In this document: positions 29,769 to 40,011 of the stretch, one piece after another
How the letters are laid out: each line of letters starts with the position of its first letter
Position numbering within the stretch: the first letter of the stretch is position 1
From: Bythopirellula sp.
GTDB lineage: Bacteria > Planctomycetota > Planctomycetia > Pirellulales > Lacipirellulaceae
DNA length: 64,000 bases
NCBI GenBank assembly: GCA_965216565.1
Contig: OZ244170.1
Coordinates: 2,112,001 to 2,176,000 of the forward strand
Direction of reading: 5' to 3'
Translations under genes and position numbers: made by a program
The notes under the pieces: model-generated
The model's database searches: none
What the model saw: only the letters and a program-made list of their open reading frames with translations
What the model was told of the DNA's origin: nothing

Positions 29769-32756
29769 CTACCTAACGATCAAACGATACTTGCCTGGCG
29801 AGAGTAGGTAGGTCTGTCCATTATCCATTGAGGTTAGTTGCTCTCCTGAATCTCGTCGGACTGATGGTACATCATCAGATGTCCGTGGTGGCTTGAAAGT
29901 GGCAGTCGTATTGGGTGGCACAATGGCCGTCACCACTAGACCGTCTGACTCCTTTTCCCAGCCGCAGAATGCTTGTCCGTAGGGCGTCTCGAGCGAAGCC
30001 GAGGCAGACTCAAGCGGGCCGCCAGGATTAGGCTGAAGAAAAAAGTGCTTGTAGCCAGGATTCTTGGGATCGGGTGCCAATCCTGCAATGCGTTCGTACA
30101 TCCACTGCCCAATTGCACCATATGCATAGTGGTTGAACGAGTTCATGGACGCACTGCCAAAGCCCTCTTTATGACTATAGCTATTCCAGCGCTCCCACAT
30201 TGTGGTAGCCCCTTGATTGATGGAATAAAACCAGGACGGGTAGGTTTCTTTGAACAGCACATCATAGGCCAAGTCCGAGTGTCCCAATTGGTCTAACTGA
30301 GGTGCCAACAGCGGAGTACCGAGAAAGCCAGTGCGGAGGTGGCCATCAGCCTTTTCAATCAGGAGCAAAAGGTTCTCTACCGCCGGCTCTTGAAGCGGAG
30401 GTGTGAGCAGATCAAACGCTATAGCGAGAAGATATCCTGTTTGCGTTTCGTACTTTGATTTCATTCGTCCCTTCTCGTCAAAGTACTCTGTGGAGAACGC
30501 CTGTCGAATCTGTTCGTGCATGGCTTCATACTTTGCCACATCTTCAGTTCGATCTAGCTCCTTCGCGGCCTTCGCCATCAGTGCAGTGCAACGTCCAAAG
30601 TACGCGGTTGCGATCAAATCTAAAGGCGTGTCCGAGCGAGAGTTCTTGGTTTCTGGATAGGGTTGCAGCCAGTCGCCAAAACCTGGGCGACGAACAATGA
30701 AGTTTTTTGCCTCGCGCTCATAAGCTGCAGTCCACTTGGCCATCATTTCATAATTGTCACGAAGCAGGCGTAGATCGCCGGTCCGAACATACACTTCCCA
30801 AGGTCCAACCACCGCTACGTCGCCCCAGCCGGGGCTTCCACCGGGATCGAGCGTATTGGGAATAACATTGGGCACAATTCCGGTGTCTGATTGCTCTTCC
30901 CGAATGCTCTGCAACCAACTCGCCCAAAAGGAATGAACATCGTAGTTGAACAACGAAGTTGGACAAAACACCTGAGCGTCGCCGGTCCAGCCAAGTCGTT
31001 CATCACGCTGAGGACAATCTGTTGGAATATCCAGGTAGTTACCTCGTTGACCCCATGTGATGTTCTGCTGCAGCTTATTGAGCTTCTTGTGGGAGCTCGC
31101 AAAACTGCCCGTTCTGTCAAAATCAGAATGAAGAACAACGCCCTTCACCCAATCCAGGCTGGGCTCAGCCCCTGGAGCAACCCCGCTCACTTCCACATAA
31201 CGAAATCCATGAAATGTAAAAGTCGGCTGCCAATGGGCTATGCCAGTAGTGGCAGGCACGTAATGATCCGTTGACTTCGCGCTTCGATAATTTTCCGTAT
31301 AGAGCGTACCATCGGAGTTCAACATTTCTGCAAAACGGAGCGTGATTGGCTTGTCTTTTTCAGCTGGCACACTGACCCGAGGCCAACCAACAATATTCTG
31401 TCCCAAATCGAATACAAATTTCCCATCCACTGGTTCACTTACTGCGATTGCATTCAACACTTGTGTCACGCGGACTGGGTAGTGTCGTTTGGGTACGAGG
31501 GACACATTGTTGCCCACAGGTTCTGAAACAACTGACGACCATGACGAATCGTCGAAGCCTGCCTTGTTCCAGTCAGGCATCTTTTTTCGAGCGTCGTACT
31601 CCTCGCCATCGTAGATGCCTGAGATCCTTATCGGCCCGTCTATTGAAGCTTTCCAGTTTTCGTCTGTGGCGATTGTTTGCTTGGTTCCGTCTTTGTAGAG
31701 AATTTCAAGCTGGGCAAGGACCATAGGCACGGAGAGCGGATAGGTGTCTTTCTTATGCATCATCTTGCCCGCATACCAACCCTCTCCCAGAATCAAGCCG
31801 ATTGCATTTTCACCCGAACTGAGTAGAGACGTCACGTCGTAGGTAAGCGTCTCGATGCGAGAGTGATAAGGTGTCCAACCAGGAGCCATCTGATCTTCGC
31901 CGACACGCTGGCCATTGAGGTAGGCTTCGAACACTCCTTTGGCCGTAACATACAAACGAGCTGACACTGGAGGCGATGCGACCGTAAATTCTTTGCGATG
32001 ATACTCTGGAGTAAATTCAGCATACGTGATTGATTGCGGGAGAAGCCGACTTCCTTCTCGAGTCTTAGAGACATGTGTCTCGCCTCCCCGACTATATTTA
32101 ATCGTTAAAAGCTTGGGCTCCCCGGGAGCTGGGTCTCGGCCGGCAAATTCGTTGTTGATACCAATTTGCCTGCCACCTTTTTTAAGTCTCCGAGTAAGCT
32201 TCTCCGTAAGGTCCACTTGTTTCTCGCTATCATCCGGAACACCGTAGACTGCTCGAAGAATCTTAACCTTCAGGGATTCAGGATCCTTTTCCGCAGAACG
32301 AATCCATTCAGCTTGCCAATCCCGAGTGTGTAGCAGTCCAAGTTCGAATCGCGCCGGCTCGCTCCATTGAGACTCGTGACCATTTGCGTCCCAGTATTTC
32401 ACTCTCCAGTACGCGATATCTCGTGAGCCGAGTGGCTTCCCGTCATAAGGTACAAATACAGATTGATCAGACTCGACCTTTCCGGAATCCCAGTACTCGG
32501 CAGTGCCGGGCAGATCATCGGTTGATTTGCCTACAACGATTCGATAGGCGGACTGACGCTCGACATTGTTATCGGCTGGTATACGCCACGAGAATGTGGG
32601 CGCGCTATCGTAGAAGCCAAGCGGCTCGTGAAATCGCTCGCTGAGAGTAAGCATCTCCGGTGGAGCGATCTCGGCCGATGCTGACGGCATTGTTGCTGCC
32701 AACGCAAACATGCCTAAGCCGATCATCAGCGAAGTAAAATTAGCGATAGATTTCAT
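29769..32756 (-). CDS. GH78 alpha-L-rhamnosidase with inserted lectin-like module
   Basis: PTFSW, WDSGKV, APGWTPY, FDLGQNIVGW, FTFHGFRYVE, PTDCPQRDERLGWTGD, TTMWERWNS, MNSFNHYAYGAIG. Confidence 0.93.
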   Translation of the reverse strand: MKSIANFTSLMIGLGMFALAATMPSASAEIAPPEMLTLSERFHEPLGFYDSAPTFSWRIPADNNVERQSAYRIVVGKSTDDLPGTAEYWDSGKVESDQSVFVPYDGKPLGSRDIAYWRVKYWDANGHESQWSEPARFELGLLHTRDWQAEWIRSAEKDPESLKVKILRAVYGVPDDSEKQVDLTEKLTRRLKKGGRQIGINNEFAGRDPAPGEPKLLTIKYSRGGETHVSKTREGSRLLPQSITYAEFTPEYHRKEFTVASPPVSARLYVTAKGVFEAYLNGQRVGEDQMAPGWTPYHSRIETLTYDVTSLLSSGENAIGLILGEGWYAGKMMHKKDTYPLSVPMVLAQLEILYKDGTKQTIATDENWKASIDGPIRISGIYDGEEYDARKKMPDWNKAGFDDSSWSSVVSEPVGNNVSLVPKRHYPVRVTQVLNAIAVSEPVDGKFVFDLGQNIVGWPRVSVPAEKDKPITLRFAEMLNSDGTLYTENYRSAKSTDHYVPATTGIAHWQPTFTFHGFRYVEVSGVAPGAEPSLDWVKGVVLHSDFDRTGSFASSHKKLNKLQQNITWGQRGNYLDIPTDCPQRDERLGWTGDAQVFCPTSLFNYDVHSFWASWLQSIREEQSDTGIVPNVIPNTLDPGGSPGWGDVAVVGPWEVYVRTGDLRLLRDNYEMMAKWTAAYEREAKNFIVRRPGFGDWLQPYPETKNSRSDTPLDLIATAYFGRCTALMAKAAKELDRTEDVAKYEAMHEQIRQAFSTEYFDEKGRMKSKYETQTGYLLAIAFDLLTPPLQEPAVENLLLLIEKADGHLRTGFLGTPLLAPQLDQLGHSDLAYDVLFKETYPSWFYSINQGATTMWERWNSYSHKEGFGSASMNSFNHYAYGAIGQWMYERIAGLAPDPKNPGYKHFFLQPNPGGPLESASASLETPYGQAFCGWEKESDGLVVTAIVPPNTTATFKPPRTSDDVPSVRRDSGEQLTSMDNGQTYLLSPGKYRLIVR

Positions 32757-33052
32757 AACTCTTTAGCGCCTCAGTCTGTCGAATCGCCTAAGCTAGATAG
32801 CCATACACGCACTGCGTAAGTTTACGTCCATTAGGCGTGAAAATGGACAAAGAAAGATTGAATGGCTGGCAGAAATTTCCCGTTCTAGGCCGCACACCTC
32901 AAAGTTCGCAGAGTCAGCAGGAGAGATCGTCGGAGTAGTTTACTTAGTTCACTCAACTTTCTAGAGTGAGTCTCTATGATGCCATGACTTTGCCGCCGCT
33001 GACAATGGCACCGCTATTTCTAAGAGACCAAAGAGATTGTGAGTTACTGACA

Positions 33053-35506
33053 ATGATGCGTCTTGTAGTTCTAGGCATTTGTTTCTCAACCTTCACCTCG
33101 CTGCTAGAAGCTTCAGAGCCAACTAGCAGCGCGTCCATCTCTGGCGAACTTCGTCAATGGCACAAGGTAACGCTGACCGTGGATGGTCCCCTGGCTTCTG
33201 AAGAAGGGGACCCTAATCCGTTCCTTGACTATCGTATGCAGGTGACTTTTCGGCACCCGGATAGTGGGCTTGAGTATATCGTTCCAGGTTACTTTGCTGC
33301 GGATGGAAATGCCGCCAATACTTCAGCAACTTCAGGCAAAAAATGGAGGGCCCACCTTTCGCCAGATCACGCGGGAGAATGGGTCTACACCGTCTCCTTC
33401 AGGCAGGGTCCCGAAGTTGCAATTTCCGATGATTCTAGTGCAGGTACCCCCGTCGAATCCGCTGACGGCCTAAACGGGTCATTTGAAATTGCGACAACGG
33501 ATAAGAAAGGGCGTGACCTCCGAGGCAAAGGGCGTCTCAACTACGTGGGAAAGCATCACCTCCAGTTTGCCGGTAGTGGTGAGTTCTTTCTAAAGACGGG
33601 TGTCGATGCACCAGAGAACCTTCTCGCCTACAAGGACTTCGATGGCGATTTCAAGTCGGACGGACACAAAGATAAACTTGTGAAAGACTGGGGCCCACAT
33701 ATTCAAGATTGGCGACCCAGTGACCCAACATGGCAAAATGGAAAAGGGAAAGGCATCATCGGAGCGATCAACTATCTTGCTTCGCAGGGATTAAACTCTT
33801 TTTCCTTTATCACTCTGAACATCATTGGCGACGATCGAAACGTTTTTCCCTATACCAATTACGATGAACGTGGGCGAATCGATTGCTCACGCATGGATCA
33901 ATGGGAAACTGTCTTCGCTCACGGCGACAAAATGGGCATGTACCTGCACTTCAAGACGCAGGAAGCAGAAAACGTCAACCTGCTAGACAATGGTGAACTC
34001 GGTCCACAGCGCAAGTTATACTATCGCGAATTGATCGCACGGTTTGGCCACCACCTGGCGTTGAACTGGAACCTGGGCGAAGAAGTCGGCCTCTACAATA
34101 AGGTCAGCACAGAGAAAAAAGTTGCTTGGGCCGACTATTTCTGGACCCATGATCCCTATCAACACCACATCGTCATCCACAATGGCGACAATCACTTCGA
34201 ATTGCTAGGTGAGGCTTCGCGACTGACTGGCTTCTCTCTGCAGACAAACCAGCCCGACTTCCGATTCGTTCACCCTCGCACGCTCGACTACATCCAGCGA
34301 TCGGCCAATGCCGGCAAGCCCTGGGTAGTGGCCTGCGATGAGCCTGGCGACGCTACGCACGCACTGCTGACCGACGACGAAAATCCAACGCATGATAACG
34401 CGCGTAAGAATGCCCTCTGGGGGAACATCATGGCCGGTGGGGCAGGTGTAGAATGGTACTTTGGGTACAAACATCCGCACAGTGATTTGACGTGCCAAGA
34501 CTTCCGCGTTCGTGAGAACATGTGGACGCAGTGCCGCCATGTACGGGCTTTCTTCAAGGACCACGACATTCCATTTTGGAACATGACCAATGCGAACGGG
34601 AAGCTATCTAGTAAAGATGCCTATTGTCTGCACGACCCTGGCAAGTTGTACTTGATCTACCGCAAGCAGGCCGAGCAGACAGAGCTCGATCTCTCTGGTG
34701 TGGAAGGCGCTTTCAAGGTGCTGTGGTTTGATCCCCGGCAGGGTGGGGGGCTGAAGCCTGGCACTACTCCTTCGGTCGTCGGAGGTGGGAAGGTTCTGAT
34801 TGGAGATCCTCCAAGCAATCCCGAGCAAGACTGGTTAGCCGTCCTTCGGCCCGGTGAGCCCCCTCAGGCAAAGAAGGTTCACCAGCAGACCGATGGGATC
34901 GTCGTCGTCGAAGCAGAAGACTTCGATAGAGTCGATCGTCAGACGCATCGCAAGTGGTATCTCACAACTATCGACGAGGCACCACAAGTGAAGCCAGATC
35001 CCGATCAGAATCATGCGGACGGTGCCAGCGGCGGGGCCTATCTTGAGATCTTACCCGACACTCGAGTCACGCATGCCGACCCATTGGTCCACGGCGAGAG
35101 TTTTACCAATACGCCCGGTGAGTGTAGTGTTCTCTACTACCCAGTGATGATCGAAAATCCTGGACGCTACTACGTATGGGTGCGCATGTGCTGCACCGGT
35201 TCGGAGGACAACGGCCTGCATGTTGGACTCGATGGCAAGTGGCCGGCGTCGGGTGCACGGCTCCAATTCACAGGCCAACACGGCAAGTGGCAGTGGGACT
35301 CGCGGCAACGGACCCCAAAGGTACATACTGGCGTACTGGGTCAAATCTGGCTCGACATCGACGAACCGGGGCTGCACACAATTATGTTTTCGATGCGTGA
35401 GGACGGCTTTGAGTTTGACAAGTTCCTCCTGACGCGGGAACAAAAGCCAATGAAGAGCAAATCGGGCGAAATGGGACCCCCTGCCAGTCCCCTTGCTAAC
35501 AACTAG
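33053..35506 (+). CDS. DUF5060-containing putative glycoside hydrolase (TIM barrel + collagen-binding-like domain + C-terminal CBM-like domain)
   Basis: Signal peptide from ATG 33053; GELRQWHKVTL, NPFLDYR, VPGYFAADG, WNLGEE, DEPG, WFDPRQGG, VVVEAEDF...MREDGFEFDK. Confidence 0.7.
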   Translation: MMRLVVLGICFSTFTSLLEASEPTSSASISGELRQWHKVTLTVDGPLASEEGDPNPFLDYRMQVTFRHPDSGLEYIVPGYFAADGNAANTSATSGKKWRAHLSPDHAGEWVYTVSFRQGPEVAISDDSSAGTPVESADGLNGSFEIATTDKKGRDLRGKGRLNYVGKHHLQFAGSGEFFLKTGVDAPENLLAYKDFDGDFKSDGHKDKLVKDWGPHIQDWRPSDPTWQNGKGKGIIGAINYLASQGLNSFSFITLNIIGDDRNVFPYTNYDERGRIDCSRMDQWETVFAHGDKMGMYLHFKTQEAENVNLLDNGELGPQRKLYYRELIARFGHHLALNWNLGEEVGLYNKVSTEKKVAWADYFWTHDPYQHHIVIHNGDNHFELLGEASRLTGFSLQTNQPDFRFVHPRTLDYIQRSANAGKPWVVACDEPGDATHALLTDDENPTHDNARKNALWGNIMAGGAGVEWYFGYKHPHSDLTCQDFRVRENMWTQCRHVRAFFKDHDIPFWNMTNANGKLSSKDAYCLHDPGKLYLIYRKQAEQTELDLSGVEGAFKVLWFDPRQGGGLKPGTTPSVVGGGKVLIGDPPSNPEQDWLAVLRPGEPPQAKKVHQQTDGIVVVEAEDFDRVDRQTHRKWYLTTIDEAPQVKPDPDQNHADGASGGAYLEILPDTRVTHADPLVHGESFTNTPGECSVLYYPVMIENPGRYYVWVRMCCTGSEDNGLHVGLDGKWPASGARLQFTGQHGKWQWDSRQRTPKVHTGVLGQIWLDIDEPGLHTIMFSMREDGFEFDKFLLTREQKPMKSKSGEMGPPASPLANN

Positions 35507-36990
35507 TGAGAAGGCCAGTCATGCATTGTAGAAGTGATATTTTTTCTAGAGGAAAATCCATTGCTATTCGCAGTCTGTCGTTGACTCTATTTACCTTGGC
35601 CACCTTGAGCACTTCGTTGTCTTTTGCTCGCCCGAATGTGCTGTTGATCGCCGTCGATGATCTGAACGACTGGGTCGGCTTCTTAGACGGTCATCCGCAA
35701 ATTCAGACCCCCAACATAGACCGGCTGGCCAAGCGAGGAGTTGTTTTCTCAAACGCACACTGTGCGGCGCCACTCTGCTGTCCTTCTCGAGCTGCTGTTT
35801 TCAGCGGCAGGCAACCCTTCCAAACAGGCGTATACAACAACGAGCATCAAATCCGCAAGCTTCATCCCGATTTGGTACTGCTACCTGAGTACTTCCGGTC
35901 TCACGGTTATCGGACTAAGGGAGCAGGTAAGTTGATGCACCGGAAGTATGCCGATCTCTACGACGACTCGTTCTTTCCCGAACAGCGTTGGAGCCCCTAC
36001 GCCAGCAAGGAACCGCAATTGCCACAGGATGATTCTCGGTTGGCAATGCGTCCTTTAAACAATATGCCTAACGATCGGCAAAGGCTCCAACCTGGAAAAT
36101 TCAGTTCCTTCGATTGGGGAGCCGTTCCTGTCCTAGACGATGAGATGGGTGATGGGAAAGTGGCTAGGTGGGCCGCGGACCAACTGCTAGATGAATCCAG
36201 TTTAGACAAGCCATTTTTTTTGGCGGTGGGATTCTATCGCCCACACATACCGCTCTATGCACCAACCAAATACTTCGAACTGTATCCGACGGACTCAACA
36301 GTACTGCCGCAGGTATTGCCCGATGACCTGAACGACGTAGGTGGGGCTGCGATATCGCTGGCCCACTCAATCCAAACTGCAGGATTGCACAGAAGTGTTC
36401 TGCAGCAGGGGCAGTGGAAAGATGCCGTGGCCGCTTACTTGGCTTGTGTTTCGTTCGTGGACGCGCAAATTGGTGATATGCTCGACGCTCTAGACAATGG
36501 CCCGCATGCGACGAATACAATCGTGGTGTTATGGAGCGATCATGGCTGGCACCTGGGTGAAAAGGAGCACTGGGGGAAAACCACCGGCTGGGAGCGATCC
36601 ACTCGGGTGCCGCTGGTTATAGTCCCTCCGATTTCCGAGGGAGCCAAATACAAAAAAGGTAGTCGATGCGAAGAGACAGTCGGACTAATCGATATTTATC
36701 CAACGTTAGTTGATATCTGTGACTTTGATTCCAAGCCGGGGTTGGATGGCGTATCGCTCGTCCCGCAGTTGTCGAATCCAGCTCTCAAAACGAATCGCGC
36801 TGTCATTACGACAGTCGAAAAGGGCACTTACTCAATTCGCAACAAACGCTGGCGGCTAATCCAGTACTCTGACGGGTCTAGAGAACTGTACGACCATCAG
36901 GAGGACCCACATGAATGGACAAACCTGATAGAGGACAAACGCTATGACGCGGCAAAAGAAGGGCTTGCTCGTTCACTGCCAAGTGGATGA
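35506..36990 (+). CDS. Sulfatase (S1; choline/iduronate-sulfatase-like)
   Basis: PNVLLIAVDDLNDW, CCPSR, GFYRPHIP, WSDHGWHLGEKEHWGK, ELYDH..DPHEW.NL. Start is GTG 35506 or ATG 35521. Confidence 0.9.
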   Translation: MRRPVMHCRSDIFSRGKSIAIRSLSLTLFTLATLSTSLSFARPNVLLIAVDDLNDWVGFLDGHPQIQTPNIDRLAKRGVVFSNAHCAAPLCCPSRAAVFSGRQPFQTGVYNNEHQIRKLHPDLVLLPEYFRSHGYRTKGAGKLMHRKYADLYDDSFFPEQRWSPYASKEPQLPQDDSRLAMRPLNNMPNDRQRLQPGKFSSFDWGAVPVLDDEMGDGKVARWAADQLLDESSLDKPFFLAVGFYRPHIPLYAPTKYFELYPTDSTVLPQVLPDDLNDVGGAAISLAHSIQTAGLHRSVLQQGQWKDAVAAYLACVSFVDAQIGDMLDALDNGPHATNTIVVLWSDHGWHLGEKEHWGKTTGWERSTRVPLVIVPPISEGAKYKKGSRCEETVGLIDIYPTLVDICDFDSKPGLDGVSLVPQLSNPALKTNRAVITTVEKGTYSIRNKRWRLIQYSDGSRELYDHQEDPHEWTNLIEDKRYDAAKEGLARSLPSG

Positions 36991-37140
36991 GCTTTGTCTA
37001 ACAATGATCGCACGGCAAGTCTCTGTTGGTCACGCCTATCGATCACCGTATTCTTGGATTGAGTGAAGCAAGGCAATCCGATGGAAACTTACACATGAAA
37101 TGCGATGCTACGAAATAGTCCCTCCTAATGAGCTGCCAAA

Positions 37141-38727
37141 ATGCAACAAAGTGTTTTTAACCTAAGTAAACTACACACCACGTTTGCCTTAGTTGCTATC
37201 CTCACGTTATCAATCGCATTTACGTTGGATGTGCGTAGGTCCATTGGTGCTGGGAAGAAGCCCAACGTCATCCTAATTCTTGCTGATGACCTTGGGTGGA
37301 GCGATACCTCGCTGTATGGCACCACGAACTTCTACAGGACGCCTAACATCGAACGGTTGAGCAGTCGAGGTATGACTTTCACGCGTGCCTATTCGTCAAG
37401 TCCGCTCTGCTCTCCTACTCGCGCAAGTGTTTTGACCGGCCTCAGTCCAGCACGAACTGGCATCACGTCGCCCAATTGCCATTTGCCTAAAGTCATTCTA
37501 AAAGCCTCTGAAGTTACAACCGCCTCGCCGGACAAAAAATCAACGATTCCAGAGTCTGTCTCCAGACTGGACACGAGCTACTACACTCTTGCGGAGATGT
37601 TCAAGGACCAAGGCTACACAACCGCACACTTCGGCAAATGGCATTTGGGTGCCGAACCGTATTCGCCACTGGAACACGGTTTCGACATCGATGTTCCCCA
37701 TTGGCCAGGACCGGGTCCGGCTGGAAGTTATGTCGCCCCCTGGAAATTTCCGGACTTCGATCCTCATACTCCCGACGAGCACATCGAAGATCGGATGGCG
37801 GATGAAGCAGTCCAATTTTTAGAAAGCCACCAGGAAAAGCCCTTTTTTCTCAACTACTGGATGTTTAGCGTTCACGCACCGTTCGACGCAAAACAATCAC
37901 TCATCGAGGCATACGAAGAGCGTGTCGATCCCCAGGACCCCCAGCGCAGCCCCACCTATGCGGCCATGATCGAAAGCATGGATGACGCGGTTGGAACTCT
38001 GCTCGATACGATTGATCGCTTAGGAATCTCAGACAATACCATCATCATTTTTGCCTCGGACAATGGTGGCAATATGTATAACGAGGTCGATGGCACGTCT
38101 GCGACGAGTAACTTTCCGCTCAGAGGCGGAAAAGCAACGATGTACGAAGGCGGAATACGCGGTCCCGCTGTGGTAGTTCAGCCTGGAGTGGTTCAAGCTG
38201 GTTCGCGAAGTGAGCAGATTATTCAAAGCTGCGACTTCTATCCAACGATTCTTGAACTACTAGGCATTGATGTACAGCCAGGCCAAGAGTTTGACGGAAT
38301 CAGCATAGTTCCAGCGCTGCAAGAAAAACCGCTCGATCGCGAGGCAATTTTCACCTACTTTCCGCACAGCCCAACCATTCCAGACTGGTTGCCTCCTGCG
38401 GTCAGTGTTCATCGGGGCGACTGGAAGCTAATTCGAATATTCTACGGTGGCGAAGCTGGTAAGCACCGGCATAAACTCTTCAATCTAAAGAAGGATCTTG
38501 GCGAGACAACCGATCTTGCTCAAGAGCATCCTGAACGCGTTGAGAAACTCGACGCCTTGATTGAAGAGTTTCTTCTCGAGACCAAAGCTGTTCGGCCTCT
38601 GGCCAATCCGAATTTCAACCCAGAGAAGTATCAACCGGAGTTGGAGGGGAAGGCCGAGCTACGAAGTCTCGGGGGTGCTTCTCGTAAGAAAAAGCGCGCA
38701 CCGCCGGCCAAGCAGAATGCCAGTTGA
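37141..38727 (+). CDS. Sulfatase (S1, arylsulfatase-like)
   Basis: [44 protein letters not shown]. Confidence 0.92.
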   Translation: MQQSVFNLSKLHTTFALVAILTLSIAFTLDVRRSIGAGKKPNVILILADDLGWSDTSLYGTTNFYRTPNIERLSSRGMTFTRAYSSSPLCSPTRASVLTGLSPARTGITSPNCHLPKVILKASEVTTASPDKKSTIPESVSRLDTSYYTLAEMFKDQGYTTAHFGKWHLGAEPYSPLEHGFDIDVPHWPGPGPAGSYVAPWKFPDFDPHTPDEHIEDRMADEAVQFLESHQEKPFFLNYWMFSVHAPFDAKQSLIEAYEERVDPQDPQRSPTYAAMIESMDDAVGTLLDTIDRLGISDNTIIIFASDNGGNMYNEVDGTSATSNFPLRGGKATMYEGGIRGPAVVVQPGVVQAGSRSEQIIQSCDFYPTILELLGIDVQPGQEFDGISIVPALQEKPLDREAIFTYFPHSPTIPDWLPPAVSVHRGDWKLIRIFYGGEAGKHRHKLFNLKKDLGETTDLAQEHPERVEKLDALIEEFLLETKAVRPLANPNFNPEKYQPELEGKAELRSLGGASRKKKRAPPAKQNAS

Positions 38728-39188
38728 CTAAGTCCGACTCCAAGCAAGTGGCGAATGCGCAAGCTTCTAATTCCCTCTATTTCTTCTTTGCCTAATTCAA
38801 GATGGGAGCGGGCTTCTCAGCTGAATCTGACCAAGTCGATGTCGCACAGCCTGTCCCACAGGAAAATTTCGCCTGTTGCCCCCCCTGGACAGCGTTGCAG
38901 TTGCTCCACAATCGACTTGCTAGAACCGCTATTGGTTAGTACAGGGTGATGAATCTCAATTCGGGTCGATCCTGGATGCCCTGTGGAGGAAGTACTGCAA
39001 CCAGTGGCCGAACTAGCACCCCATTAATTCATTTTATTTAAATAGAATTGAACCGACCATTCTAGGCCTATCTCATTTTACTTTTTATGTCCATTTTTCT
39101 GCTACCTTGGCGTGACACTGTTGGAAAGTTATATCTTTCGCATCGGACAACCAAATCACCCGCAGTGGCAATCATTTGCCGAATCATC

Positions 39189-39953
39189 ATGACCCAAATC
39201 AAAGTTTTAATCATCGCACTCTCACTCTTCTGGTTTGCAGATGCTACCATCTTTGCGGGCGAATTAGACCCGCAGCAAAGCAATTGGTATGAGCACTACA
39301 GCAAGCAGGAGAATGCACCCAAGCCAGCAGAGATGTTGCTGAACAAGGATTCGGAGCCCAACTTGAAGAGTGGATTCAAGCCGCTGTTTAATGGCAAAGA
39401 CTTGGGCGGCTGGACTCCTAAGGGCGGAACATGCAAGTTCGAAGTACGAGACGGCATGATCGTGGGAACCTGTGTGCCTGGATCAAATAGCACTTACCTA
39501 TGCACAGATAAATCGGATTTCACAGATTTCATATTCACTTGCGAGATGAAGTGGGAAGTCGAAGGCAATAGCGGAGTGATGTTTCGCGCCCGGTCGAAGA
39601 ATAACAAAGAAGGCGGAGTGGTCGTTTATGGCCCGCAAGCTGAGATGGAGGAATACTCGAAGAACCGCGATTGGTCTGGCGGTATCTACGGCCAAAGCTG
39701 TGGCGGCTACTTTTATCCGCTTTGGCTGAAAGAACATAAGGACGCTCGTTCTGCCCAAAAGGAACAGGAGTGGAACCGTGTGACAATCTCCGCCAAGGCT
39801 AATGTTGTCAAAACTTGGTTGAACGGCGTACCAATTGCGCACTGGGTCGATGACGGGGCTTACCCTGAGGGGTTCTTTGGGCTACAGATACATAAGGGCA
39901 AGAAGGGAATCGTGCTTTGGAGGGATATTCGAGTCAAACGACTTAGAGAATAA
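39189..39953 (+). CDS. DUF1080 (3-keto-disaccharide hydrolase-like) secreted protein
   Basis: Signal peptide; LFNGKDLGGW, NSGVMFR, GPQAE, GGIYG, EWNRVTI, WLNG, GFFGLQIH, WRDIRVK. Confidence 0.85.
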   Translation: MTQIKVLIIALSLFWFADATIFAGELDPQQSNWYEHYSKQENAPKPAEMLLNKDSEPNLKSGFKPLFNGKDLGGWTPKGGTCKFEVRDGMIVGTCVPGSNSTYLCTDKSDFTDFIFTCEMKWEVEGNSGVMFRARSKNNKEGGVVVYGPQAEMEEYSKNRDWSGGIYGQSCGGYFYPLWLKEHKDARSAQKEQEWNRVTISAKANVVKTWLNGVPIAHWVDDGAYPEGFFGLQIHKGKKGIVLWRDIRVKRLRE

Positions 39954-40011
39954 TTGTATTTCCTGATACTTGCATGCCACACGATTAATCATTGCATTTC
40001 GAGACTTCATC

